NCBI GenBank assembly: GCA_013115125.1
Contig: JABANN010000259.1
Coordinates: forward strand, 1-46,513
Source: Perkinsus olseni
Lineage: Eukaryota
DNA length: 46,513 nt
Direction: 5' to 3'
Part shown: in pieces, positions 1 through 12,046 of the stretch
Layout of the letters: each line of letters opens with the position of its first letter
How positions within the stretch are numbered: the first letter of the stretch is position 1
Made by a program: the position numbers and the translations under genes
Notes under the pieces: model-generated
Databases searched by the model: none
What the model was told of the DNA's origin: nothing
What the model saw: the letters and a program-made list of their open reading frames with translations, nothing else

Positions 1-1074
1 CAAGAGTCCTGCAATGGTCTGACACCTGCCGCTAGCTGAGACCGACAGAGTTGTGTGCCAAACACAAAATAGGCTCGAACTGTACCTCCAAGCACACGTG
101 CTTTCCAAATACGTGCGTAGGGAGTCGGAATCAACCGTTAAGAAAATAGAGCTGGGTGGCACAGGGAAAGAATTAATGGAATGTGTTATGGTGCATCACG
201 ATCTCGAGCTAAGATGACGAATAACGACCAGTTACGCCCATTCATGATTAAGTGACATGATGTAACTGTGAGGTACTCTATAGGCTATAATCTATCCTAG
301 AAGGTTGTTGTGAGCTACACAGCAACTACAGCATGTGGCCTACGGGTATCGACAGTGTCGATTCGACACCTCTGGGTTCCACCTGTATCAACGACAGGAA
401 CGCAAAACATGAGTTGAATCATTCACAACGTAATCATGATGGCATGATAGCCCTTCATAAGCAACCATTCGCTATAACGAACTTGGGCCTCAATTATATC
501 GTCAATGCTTCACCGTACATGGTTCCGAGGCATCACGATGGACCAGAGATACTAAAACCTGCAACGTCTTCGATGGCGCGACTTAACGTTCGACACTTCA
601 TAGCGATTGCGTCCCAAGAGATGCGACCCGGCGATGGCTCTGACACGCCGCCATGAGTCAGGCGTCGCAGAGCCGCTAGGTCAGTCCGTCGTGGTTGGAG
701 CGGTGGGGGCGGCGTTGTGGCTGTCCTCAGGCGAGGTGCTCGATGGAGCCTGCAGGGTATGTAGACCGATGCTACGCCAGACTCGGTCTTTAGCTCCGTT
801 CGGTCGCTGAGAGAAACAACATTAGCCTTGACGAGGTGATCCTCACATAATTGAATCCTCCATGCGTTGGGGAAATAGGTAGCCACGTGAGCGCTTACCT
901 GCTTCGTGTTCGCAGTGCAGCGGCTTGGTTCTCCGCCATCTGCATGATTGAGTCGAAGAGCTTCTCGTGGTTGGGGAGGCTCGGCGAGCTAAAGTCAGTT
1001 GACGTTATCCCCTCAACGTCTCTTAGGGTGGACAGTAGGTCGCCGCGGACACATACTCTGTCCTTACTGGTCAT
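1..1074 (-). CDS. Hypothetical multi-exon protein, runs off the left edge of the window
   Basis: ATG at 1074 (MTSKDRVCVRGDLL...) is followed by a GTAAG donor. Further short open segments bounded by GT/AG continue to the edge (LCEDHLVKANVV..., SIDDIIEAQVRYSEW..., VEPRGVESTLSIP). No domain recognised. The start could be the upstream ATG at 1104. Confidence 0.45.
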
Positions 1075-1709
1075 TTGAACGCAAGGCAAACTGTCATATG
1101 CCATCACTACTCGACGTCCGACGCTGCCCGCCACAATCTTACCCGTGAGTTAAAGAAAGAATCCTGCGCTTCAGTTAGCGCACGCCTTTGCGAGCGATTG
1201 AGCCCAGTAGAAACGATGATTCTCCCATTAACGCGCTCTTCTCATGGGCTCTCCTACCTTCATTCAGCTAGCTTCACTAGTGAAAACACTGTGAAAGTGC
1301 TCTTCTCGATTGTCCCCAGCCCGTCGTGTGCCTTTCGGGTGGTGTTCATCGTGCTTTGCCTTAGTTATCTCATCAGCGCACTTTCGACTGGGCGGTGGTC
1401 TACCCATCGGCTGGTCCTTGTCTTGGTTTGTAGTGTGGTCTACGCCTTGGATTGATGTCTAGCTCCGAGACTCGTTCAGACTCCGCCTCTCCTGTTAAGG
1501 AGAAGTCCCTCTTAGCTCAGGTGGAGTCGTATATCAAGAGGCTTATGAAAGGGTAGGTCTGAGAGTAGGGCTTCGCTCGAGTATTTCTGGTTTGATATGC
1601 TCTCGGGAGCTGCTTTCTCGAGCGCTCCTTTCAAACTTCGCTCACGACTTCATCGTTATATAAGACGGTCCTTGTTTGTGCAGGATCCCGGTAATTCTAC
1701 GTGTCGAGC

Positions 1710-3496
1710 ATGATGACGGAAGCTCGGACGATGAACCCGTCACCAAGTCTGCTATCTGTCGGTTTCCGCACCTTGCCTCAAGGCATAAGCGCTTGTGCTT
1801 TCTCAGGCACCGGTATCCTCAACCGCAACCTCGAGTCAGTGAAATTCATTCCCTTGAAGGAAGAAGAGTCCTCGGATGACAGCAAGGAGCCCGGTGAGTC
1901 TCTGTCGAGTGCTTTAACTGCCCAGTCACCATGTCTAGGTATTGTAATCGAGCTTCAGGATGTCGAAAAGGTCATCTGTCTTAACGAGAACCATCCTTCA
2001 GTTGTCCTGGTAGCACAAAGCCGTCTGCAGCTACTGCATCATTATTCTTGGTCCTGGACCATTGTGGTCAGGTGATTCCCAAGTATGACCGTTATGTCGA
2101 GATAGTTAGCAGCGGTGTGGAAGACTTCAAAGCATGGTCAGTAGAGTACAGCCCGGTTGCGCAGATCCTGCTTGTTCAGGTACGCTACCTTGCGCATGCT
2201 CTGCCCAGAGGAGGCTGAAGATGACTCGTCGATCACAGACGATAGCGGAGAGGCCTCGTCGGACAGTTATGGTGCCTCATCTCCCTCTCCTGAGGTCACC
2301 GCCAAGGCTCGGAGGGCTATGATGAAGGTTTGCCGTCACGCTTTGGCTTGACCTCTATGATCTTTCATTCAGTCATTCAGCCCAGCTTCCGATGATTCCC
2401 CTTCCCGCGGTCTCGAGGAGAGACAGTTGGCGCAGGCAAGTCCTCCTTGTAGTTAGCACGCGATTGATGTTCGTTGGTCCGCTTCGTTTCCATTCGACTC
2501 ATTCAGGTCAACGCTTTGAAGCAGATCATATCCAGTCAGGGGAGGCTGATCGATGCCCTCCGCCGAGACAGGCGAGTGTTCTTTTCGGTTAGTGGCTTGA
2601 ACTTCCATCGCTTTCAGGGAGCGCATGCAGATGCTGGAGGTGCAGAATAAGGACCTCGTCCGCGTCTTGAAGGGTAGGTGATGATGACACTTGTTCTTGC
2701 TGTAGTTATTCCCGCGCAGAGCGCGAGATTAGCATGGATGAGTTGATGGGTGTCTGCCAGCGTCTGATGGACCAACAAGCCAAATGGGTTAACATCCACC
2801 TCGAGCGGAACACGGTGGTCTTGAACCCTCGCAAGCCTGCTTCGGACAGCAGAGCTCCTCTGGCCCTCCCCGCTGCGCCCCATGTCCCCGAGTCGGTGAA
2901 GAGCGAGAAGGTGAATTGCGTCCATCGATGATAGGCCCTATAACGTTGTCTGCAGCGCCCTGCCTTTGCACCCAAGCCGCGCGAGGTGTCGACTGGCCAA
3001 GACAGCGGCAGCGATGACGACTCTTCCGGCGTAGATGTTGCGGATCTCGAGTGAGTCAAACTAGTCTATCATGATGTGCTATCTGAATACTGCTCTGTAG
3101 CAACAGCGAGTTGGATGTTCTCATGTCTTACTTGGATGACAAGCTGACGATGCTGAGGAAGATAGGGCAGGAAATTGGTACGGAGCTGCCATATCGTGCC
3201 CTTTCTGGTCATCGACGGCGACACCGTTGTTGACGACAGGCTCCAGCTCTCCGAAGGACTCGAAGGATGCGGACAATTCCGACGAGGAAGATGCTAGAAT
3301 CGACGCGACGCTCGAGAATGTGGTCGCAGAAGAGGCCGAGATCACTAAGCTCCAGGACGAACTGGATTCGCTTCAGAAGCAGAAAGTCGCTGTAAGCTGA
3401 GTCGTGCCTGTCGAGCTGCATCATCTGCGCCATTTTCAGCTTCAACGCGTCCTGGACCGTACGGCGCTGAGGAACATGGTGAAGGGTCATGAGTAG
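1710..3496 (+). CDS. Hypothetical multi-exon acidic protein with C-terminal coiled coil
   Basis: Spliced segments: MMTEARTMNPSP...TGILNRNLESVKFIPLKEEESSDD, ...EISMDELMGVCQRLMDQQAKW..., ...EEAEITKLQDELDSLQKQKVA|LQRVLDRTALRNMVKGHE* (TAG 3494-3496). Internal exon boundaries are approximate. Confidence 0.5.
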
Positions 3497-3671
3497 TGAA
3501 CGCCGTGTCGGCAATTAGATATACGTATGAGCTACTATATTCATCGACTATTTTTTGGTAGCTAGTAGGGCATGATTTAATCATTATCGGTTCAATCATC
3601 ACATGTCTCCGACCAGGGTCTTGCTGTCGCGTTCTGAGTCACTCCATTAGCAGTGGAGGGTTATCAGCCAC

Positions 3672-6600
3672 ATGTCAATGAAAAAGCCGACGGAAGCGGT
3701 TAGGAGGCCTTCTGTTCGACGGCGGGTGGTGCAACCTCGAGGGAGTGCGGACGAGGGATGGACGGATCGATCTTTGCTTTGGGCTCTGCTCTTCATGGTC
3801 TCCCTATTACTCTGTGTAAGACTTTATTCTCGCGTGTTGCTAATCACGGCGGCACCTAGCACCATCTCCAAGAGCCGCTAATGGGGTGTATCTCAGGTTC
3901 AAGGAGTGATCTACACTAAGTGGCTCGGTGATCCATCGACTGTGGATGTCGCCTCGCGGTCGGCTGCCACACTGCCGCATTCAAGTGTCGCCGAACGCAG
4001 GAGTCTCAAAGCTCCGCCGACGGTCCCGTCGCCATCTTCTGACGTTGATCCAATCGGAGGTATCCCCAAACGTGAGGCTCATTGCGACCTAGTGGAACTG
4101 GAAAAGGATTGGGATGGTCTGAGCTTATCGCCGTTACCGAGCCAGCAGTGGTGGGAGGGGGAAGGTCCTACTAGCATTGTCGGAGGATCGGAGCTAGATG
4201 TCACGGCTGATGTTGATGATAACGCTGTACTGGACGCAGCGTTTGAGCAACTGAGGTGGAGGCTGGTAGCACCTTGCCGTGACCTTGTTCTCGTATTCTC
4301 ATCCTCCCAGGCGTGAGAGTTCTCTACGATTGTTGTCGGTGCCTTCGTCGTTACTCTACCATTACGCCTTCACTTAGGAGCACTGTGTTCTGTCCGCGTC
4401 TGTGGATGGAGTCAGGGCGAAGCTCGTTCGGCATGTGCATGTCCAAGTGGAGGATCGCGGCACCACCAAGCTCGCTTTCGGGGTCAGTGAGGCGTTCGAG
4501 CTATATTGCTCCGAGGGGAAGTGCCTCATCATGTCTCGAACTGTGTAGTGATGGAGGTCGCCCTTCACGCAAGGCCCCTTGAAGGTCATAATCAGATTCG
4601 GTGCTCTTCATGGACTCGACACCCTGTGGAAGATGTTCATACCCGGGAGTGCTCCGTGGGACTCGATGTCGATCTTAGACGAGCCGGAGTATCAATGGAG
4701 AGGCCTTATGCTCGACATGGGGAAAAGGTAGTAGTCGGCGAAGTCTCCCTTATACGCACTTGAAACACCGTTCAGGTTCGTCCCGGTATCCCTGGCATTA
4801 GAGATCATCGACGGCATGGAGGCCAGCAGGCTCAACGTCTTGCACCTGCACTTGAATGACTTCTGCCGCTTTGCCATTGAGGTCCCCGGGTTTGAAGACA
4901 CTCTCGGGGAGCCAGTGAGTGGCGATCGACGGTGTCGGACAATGCCGCTGCTTTCCTCCTGTAGGGTGAGCGTTGGAGCGCTGTGGAGGTGGCAGCCTTG
5001 ATCGAGTACGCGGGGCTGAGGGGTATCCGGGTCGTTCCCGAAGTCGACATGCCTGGCCATGTGAATGTGAGCTACTGAGGGTCACTCTGAGAACTGCAAA
5101 ACTCTGGGCAGGCACTAGGCGGGCTTGAGGGAGCAGGGCTGCAGTTTTGCCGATCACCTGCCGACAGTCGTGCTGAGGACGCCACTAAACTCTACGATGA
5201 TCAGGGAGGGAGGACTCGAGAGGTGCTGCCGCGAAGAAATGGCGGCGCCGGGTTTCTGCGGCCGTCAGCCTCTGCTCCAGGTCGTCGGTCGTTTGCTCGC
5301 AGCAGTATCGGCAATCTTCCCTGATGACCATTTCCATATCGGGGCTGACGAGACTGAACCGATCGGGCTTTGCACGGTGGATTTCATGATCGCGGTACGA
5401 CGCCGCCGTTTGCTCACCACTGCCTTCGATCCTCCCAGCTTGAAGGGTTCATATTGGAGCATCTGCAATCACTGGGTAAGAAGCCAGTGGCCTGGGAAGA
5501 GCTGGTATGGAAGACCGGAGGGAAGCTGGACGCGGCAACATCGAAGGTGTGGGCGGCCCCTCATCTGCTCACACCTGCTGGACGGAGGATGTTCTCACCA
5601 CTAGATACCGGGGACGGTCATTCAAGTCTGGAACAGGCACAAGGCGTCTGACGTCACAGAACAGACATGTAATAGCTTTCTGGCCAGTCGGTGGCAGTCC
5701 AGCCTACTCCTTTGTGAGTCATCATAGGCTATTCCATTCAGCCCATCCCGTGATCGTATCGAGCAACAGTCGTGTATACCTGGACCATCCTAAAACACCT
5801 GTGGAGGACTACTGGTGGGACATCACTCGATCGCCGGAGTTCCGTCCGAGTAATGCTAGGCAGGGTGTCCAAGAACAGTCTAAAAATGTTCCCTAGGCAC
5901 CTCATCGAATGCCTTCGAGGTCTTCGGGCTCACCTCTCGTGCTACACCACCTGCTTTTGAAAAGCTTAACTGTCGACTCTACCTTGATGGTAGCGGTGGC
6001 ATCGAGTGCCCGGGAAGGAAAGGGCGTTGGGTGAGGCACCCGACTGCTGTGCTTTCCCCTTCCCGCGTGCCCCACAGGCGAGACGCTCTACTCGAACGCT
6101 TTCGATCATATTCCGGGGCGATGGTGGGTCGTTCGAACTGGCCACGCCAGACTCCGGCCGGACCTGGATTGGCGATGATGTGGTGAGATTGTGACTCTGT
6201 AAGAGAATGCAAGCAGCAGGGTCGTGTCGAAAATGTCAGGTGCTGCGGAGGGAGGTGTCGAACGCCTTAGGGAGAGTCCTAGGTGGCGAGGCCGCAATGT
6301 GGACGGATAACTTCTTGCAGAAGTGGGAACAGCCCGCGAGTTGGTGCGGGATCGCGTTGGAAGGTACCAGTGTGGTGCGGCAAGTGCGGCCGTGGCTGAG
6401 AAAGAAGATCTACTCCCGCGAGCGCCCCTGATGTGGCCGAGGGCTATGGATGCGTCCTTCAGCCATGCCATGCTTGGTAGTTGGACGTCCCGGGCCGACG
6501 GCTTCTGAAGGCAGAGCTGTTGCAGCCTTCCTCAGTGTAGGTATGATCTTCCCGAAGGCAGCCGTGTATGGCGCTGCACTATGGCGCTTCGATCCACTCC

Positions 6601-7518
6601 TGACGGCGGCTTTGAGGCGTCCAATGATCAGACGTGTAGGGTTAGAAAGGGGCATCAGTTGGGCCTGCCCTACAGTCACCCACAGATAGTCAGCAGTCTT
6701 CGAGGACTGGGCGTACGATCTTGTGATGCAGAAGGGGGCTGCGATGAGCTGCATGGCAGTGGCGGAAAGATGATTCGACCGTGAGAAATCCCGTGGGGCA
6801 GTGGCCTGGAGAGGTGACTCTCATCCCCACTCGGTCTCCGTGAAGTTGATGATACTTACTGGGATACAGCTGCAGCCCGTCATTTACTTTCTTCCCGGTT
6901 TCATCAGGTTTTCCGGATCCACCTTGGATACTTGTTACAAGCGTCATGATGGTGAGTATATTCCGGACTTCACGAAGGCCGGCGAGGTACCATATGGTAA
7001 CGCTGAGGACGCGACTGTTGCATGCTACTGGGCGGGAAGCGACTGCGCGGGGGTCACATGCGAGGCTGGACTTCGGCAGTGTACGTTGAGGGCGAATAGC
7101 CACGGAGTAGGTTCCTCATATTTAGTCCCAGCTGGAGTTCTACTATCGTCTCTGTTAGGTGCCGAGCCCCACACACGAAATCAGCTTCATTAAGACCGCA
7201 GCCTGTATCCCGAGGCCGACCCCGGTAGATCCTCAGAAAAGTCCCGCCATCAGTTCCTGTTACACGTCGCACACAGGGAAATACATTCCGAATCTAACGA
7301 ATGGTGGAGGCGGTGAAGTGCCCCTTGCTCAAGCGGAAGAACTCTGCCGCGAGCAGCCGTCGTGCGAGGGGATAACATGCAGTTCGACTTCTTTGTGCAC
7401 CCTCCGCGCTGGCCCGGGCATCTCGTCCAGTCCAACAGGGGAGATCTCTTACGTGAAACGACAGCCGCCGCCTCCAGAGTGTCACTTCGCCGAGTCTGGG
7501 AGCTCTGTGCTTTACTGA
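3672..7518 (+). CDS. Beta-N-acetylhexosaminidase (glycoside hydrolase family 20), type II membrane anchor, multi-exon
   Basis: GH20 motifs occur in order across exons: IIDGMEASRLNVLHLHLNDF, EYAGLRGIRVVPEVDMPGH, FPDDHFHIGADE (catalytic DE), KPVAWEE, VYLDH, LGGEAAMWTDN, MIFPKAAVYGAALW. An N-terminal hydrophobic segment (LLWALLFMVSLLLC) follows a basic region. Confidence 0.9.
6933..7458 (+). repeat. Two tandem Cys-rich protein repeats (PAN/apple-like) at the C-terminus of the GH20 protein
   Basis: CYKRHDGEYIPDFT...CAGVTC...CTLRANSHG|VPSPTHEISFIK aligns with CYTSHTGKYIPNLT...CEGITC...CTLRAGPGISSSPTGEISYVK. Copy 1 has an intron at 7107-7158. Confidence 0.8.
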
Positions 7519-7855
7519 GCATCCTACGATGATCATTGTTCGACTGCCTAATGTGCCGTTCATGACCTTCATGTAAACGCCGAGACCTGTTTCACCTCCA
7601 GAGTGTCGAGTCACTGACCGCCAGCCAGACGTTGGAGTCCGTCTGCACCGCACTACGCGTTAATTCGTGGATCCGAGCCACAGTGCGCGTCAGGAGAAGT
7701 ATACGGTAACAGATGGGCATTTCCTTTCTCGCATTAAGCGTCGAAGTTTCTCGCCGCAAGAAGCTCGCTCTCGCAGATTGATGAATGACAGACGGCCCCA
7801 CTAGAATAATGCGTCTTATATCCACTCTGGACCAACACAAATCAACTTGATACCA

Positions 7856-10690
7856 TCAAGGACCACCCTTATCAGGCATGAATTCCCATGTACAGTCGCT
7901 GTTGGGTACAAAGTCTGCCTGTATCTCCAAGGCGCGGCTCTTCGCAACTTGAGCGACATCCAAATACCCGGCCTGAGAGCGGCAAGCCTACGACACAGAC
8001 GCAGCAAGTTGGCCTCACCAGTTCGCTGAGGGCCCACAAGTTGCCCCAATAGATGACGTTGTCGACAGCGGACTCCGCAGCTTCCGCCACTGCATTCAGC
8101 GCCATCTCTCGGTCACCAGCAGCCCACTGTATGCAGCCGAGGTTATTCAGAGCCTTGGGGAAGTCTCGGTTGAGAGTCAAAGCTGCCGACATATAGTACC
8201 TTACAGTTAAACTGATCAAAACCCGAGCGCATTCGTCGCATTCGTCAGAGTGAGTGGTTTCCGACAACCCCCGGGTACATGGCCTCTTCGAGTCTTCTGT
8301 TATCATGGAAGCATGCCACAGCAGCGTCGTGGAAAACCTCTTCTTCCTTGACCATCAGCTTAGCGCCGTACTTCGTAGTGGCACCTGTCAAACTTAGCCG
8401 AGCCGGGCGTCGAGCTTTCCCTCACTCACCTATGAGAAGCTCGCGAGCCCTGGCGAAGTTCCCGCGGATGATCTCAATCTGTCCTGCCCTCCAAAAAGCT
8501 GTGGCATCTCGCTCCTCCGGATCGGATTGCCAACTTCTCTCGAACGCCGCCATTGCATTGTCGAACTACATCACAGTTTCAACCAAGGGACGCCATCGCT
8601 CGAGTTTACGTCTCCCATAGAGAAGTAACGAACGCCGAGGTTGAACTGTGTTTTGGCGGACTTCAAGTTAGCGTAACTGCGGCATGCAAACCATACCACT
8701 CCATCGCGAACGGCCGAGGCGCACCCGTCAACAAGCGTGAGATGATCAGCGGTCTTCCAGTCGTCGACACGTTTTATTGTCCGAACCAACATCAGAGCCC
8801 ACACGGCCAGCATCGCGTTTTGGAACTTCCTAGGAAGTAGCCCGCACACTGCCGCCAGGAACCCGAACGATGGGATGTACAGGAGGCGCTCCCCTACTAC
8901 GGTACCTGCAAAGACTGGAACATGGCAATCCGGTGTAGGCGGGAGCACCCACCGACGGGGAACAGTATGTTCGACATGGGAACGAACGTCAGCAGAAAAA
9001 AGGCTCCACTTAGTAGGGCGCCGCGGAGATTCAAAGAGAAGGCCAGGCTGGCCGCAGCCGATACCAGAGTGTAACTACCACAAGTAACAGCGCAGCGGAG
9101 AAACCCGTGTTTGAGATGCTCCCACGTGGTTAGAGGGATGAGAAAACGGACGTCGTCGAAGCCGCACAGTAACGGTAGTGTGTCCAATGAATAGTCATAA
9201 CATAGGAAGTTCGGGAACACCAGCAGTCGCATGTACCTACGCAGTGGACAGCCTAAGGGGTGACGAAGTAGGAGACTCGTGAATGGACGAACATACTCGC
9301 CGTGGATCAACGCGAAGGAAAGTCGGCGACCCAGAGCGTCGGGCTCGAAGGCGATAGGATTATCCTGCGGTGACATCCGCAAAGAAGTTCCTTCCGTATA
9401 CCTGCGTGGAGCCTAGCGCTGTGAAGGTCAGGTCTGAGGTTCCCCTACCAATGCCTTAACGCCATGACCACCACACCGATAATAATATTGAGGAGGGTTC
9501 TCCTCCTAAGACGACCGAACAGGAAATCCTGCGCTACGTACACCCAGAATAGCATGAAGCCCAGTTCTTTTGATAAACCAGCGAGGATAGCCTGAGGACA
9601 GTGAGGCAGTGAATGTCGGGTACTCCAAAAAGAATTAGCAGGCAAACCCCACGATGGAAGACATCCAGACGCGGCGTTTCCGGAGCGTCACCAGCAGCCA
9701 TGCAACGACGCTTCTGTTGTGGTGGCAGGCAAGCATACCGAGCAGCATGAGGCAGAGGCATAGCACGTCTGCTCTGCCCACCATGTATAGCACGGACTCG
9801 GCGTGAACGGGATGGACGGCAAATAAAATACTGCATAGCAGTGAAGTACTGAGGGCATTGGCGAGAGTTGCACATCCCAGAACAAAGTCCTGGTGGCTGA
9901 AGCTGGACCCACCGTAAGTCCATCTTCATTATCGACAGCCCCACTGGTAAGATCAGGAGCGATGCAAGTGAGTGTAAGAGTACGTTGGTAACATGAAACA
10001 TAGGAGTGTCCAGACCGGAGATAAGATAGTTCAACCGGAACGTGAATGTAGTCACTGGGCGAAAAGACTTGTGCGTCCACTCTCCTGAGGGCGAAGGCGA
10101 CTCGGCAGTTTGCGGACGGCCTCCTTCCACGATCATGGAAGCCGCGGGCGTTCATTATGAATACCTGCAGACTACTTTTCACGTTCCACTAGAGTAAGTA
10201 ATGCGCTTTAATGACATTCGCCCGGTGACGATGCCGGGAGTGGTCATGCGCAGGAGGGTGGATGCGCAGGGGAGGGCATACCCGAGAACATGTCCAGACC
10301 CCAGTAGTCATGCCTTAGAAGGCCATACCACGACCACTGCTCGGGAGATCCTGTGACGTCTTTGTTCTTGTACCTGGTCCATTACTATCCCTTGCTGATA
10401 CACACTGACCTCACTCACACTCCGACAACATCATCCATATGGTAACCGTTCTGATAGGAGTTGAAACCCAACGCCTGGTAGTAGGGCGTCGCAAGGCTCA
10501 CAATCAGAATCACCACGAGCACTATCGTGAACAACTCCTTTCGGACAGATTTTCTTGATGGACTGTCTCGGGAGTCATGCTCCCGTATTGCAGAGCTATG
10601 TTCTTTCAGCAACTTTTTGAAGCTGTCGACATCGCTCGTGCAAGAGGCGAGAATAGCCAGGGACAGCGGGGCTCGTTTCGCTTTGGTCAT
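7856..10690 (-). CDS. TMTC: TMTC-family protein O-mannosyltransferase (DUF1736 + TPR repeats), multi-exon
   Basis: Family motifs: GYHMDD (acidic luminal loop), HDYWG...THKSFRPVTTFTFRLNY, FHVTNVLLH, HPVHAESV...[57 protein letters not shown], then TPR-like segments (KTQFNLG, KALNNLG). The start at 10690 (MTKAKRAP) is a best guess. Confidence 0.9.
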
Positions 10691-10885
10691 GAAAGTACGT
10701 ACTGATTGGGAAGCACAGATAGCATGACTGATGAGTAGCCATGGTGAGAGGCTCGAGAGAAAAACAGGTCGATACTCGCGAGAAGTCAACATACGGGAAG
10801 GAAGAAATACAAATTGACGTGCCATGAGCCAGTTGAACATCTGACTCGAATACACTAATGGACGAAGTGCAAGAGCACTAGATCA

Positions 10886-11580
10886 TCAGCTACACAAGGC
10901 GGCGTAGTCGACCCTTGGACAATTCTTCCGTACAAACTCGTCTAATGCAGCACGAGTCAAAGCGAATCCTGGCGGCACATGGGCTGTTTTGATTCGCCCT
11001 TGTACGTGGACAACGACGGTGCATGCAGCAGGGGTACGGGGCGGAGAGAGTCCCTGTGAACTCGGGAGCAGAATATCTGCTACTACGAGGAGAAAGATAA
11101 CGGTAGAAATAAGGAAAAGAATCAGCTGCTGCAGAGAAGTGAGCTGCAAGCGCTCTCCATCCGGTCTCTTGTAGACGACACGCGTGAGGGAAGGAGGGCT
11201 ATCTGAGGCTCGGCCCTAAATCGTTTCGTCAGCCGGAAGGCCCACCTTCACTCCACTGACGACCCCAACGAACTCCGTTACATTCCACGCTGATGGCGAG
11301 ACCACGTCCACTGTCATCCACCGGAATGAGGAGTGCTGTTGGGAGTTCACGTAGGCTGCATAGCCAGGGAGATCGGGGCGAAGAGAAGCAGACGGAGCAC
11401 TGAATGGAAAACATCCCTCAATCCTCGACCTCTTCCGTCGTGGATTCCCACCTTGTTTTCGGTGGTTGGAAGATCGAGAACGTTGACTTCGATGACACTA
11501 CCAACATTGTAGACCACCGTTGGCACGGATATGCCCACATGCACCACGATGACAGTGGCCAATAGCAGTCGGGAGATCAT
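10886..11580 (-). CDS. Hypothetical protein with signal-peptide-like N-terminus
   Basis: MISRLLLATVIVVHVGIS at 11580. Further open segments at 11229-11414 and 10886-11149 include a hydrophobic stretch (LILFLISTVIFLLVVA). The 3' end is uncertain, and it might splice onward toward the TMTC gene. Confidence 0.4.
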
Positions 11581-12046
11581 GATGGGAGGGGAGCAGTAAC
11601 TTCAGAGAAGGCTCTTTTCCGCGGTACACGATGACCGACCTGGTACGAGTAGACGGCCGCGGAGTTCTTAGAACCAGTTACGAGTTAAACGATCGTACCC
11701 TCCCGACGGGAGAGTGTCGCAAGGGTGATGCTTCATCTGGCTCATCGAGTTTGAGTGCTGAGGGAAATCCTGCTTTTTTGGCTTCCCCGGAATGCCTCAT
11801 ATAAAACGTTGAGCCATCTTGCCTTCGTTCGTAGCGCGCCGGTCCTTTGTTGATTGACTCGGTAAATCCGTTAACACAAGCCGCTATCATAAAGACTGAA
11901 ACTATCCAGAGTCGACCGCCGCCGAGCTGTCTTGAGACGCGACTGATTTCCACAAGGAAATTAGTCGCAACCCCAGACTAGCGCACAGCCACGACTATAT
12001 AGTATTAGATCAGATTAGAAAAATCCGAATGAGAACGAGACAGACA

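Noticed and set aside
11678-11953. 91-aa minus-strand ORF between genes
   Set aside because: Non-ATG start, no motif and no clear splice links. Probably intergenic or UTR.
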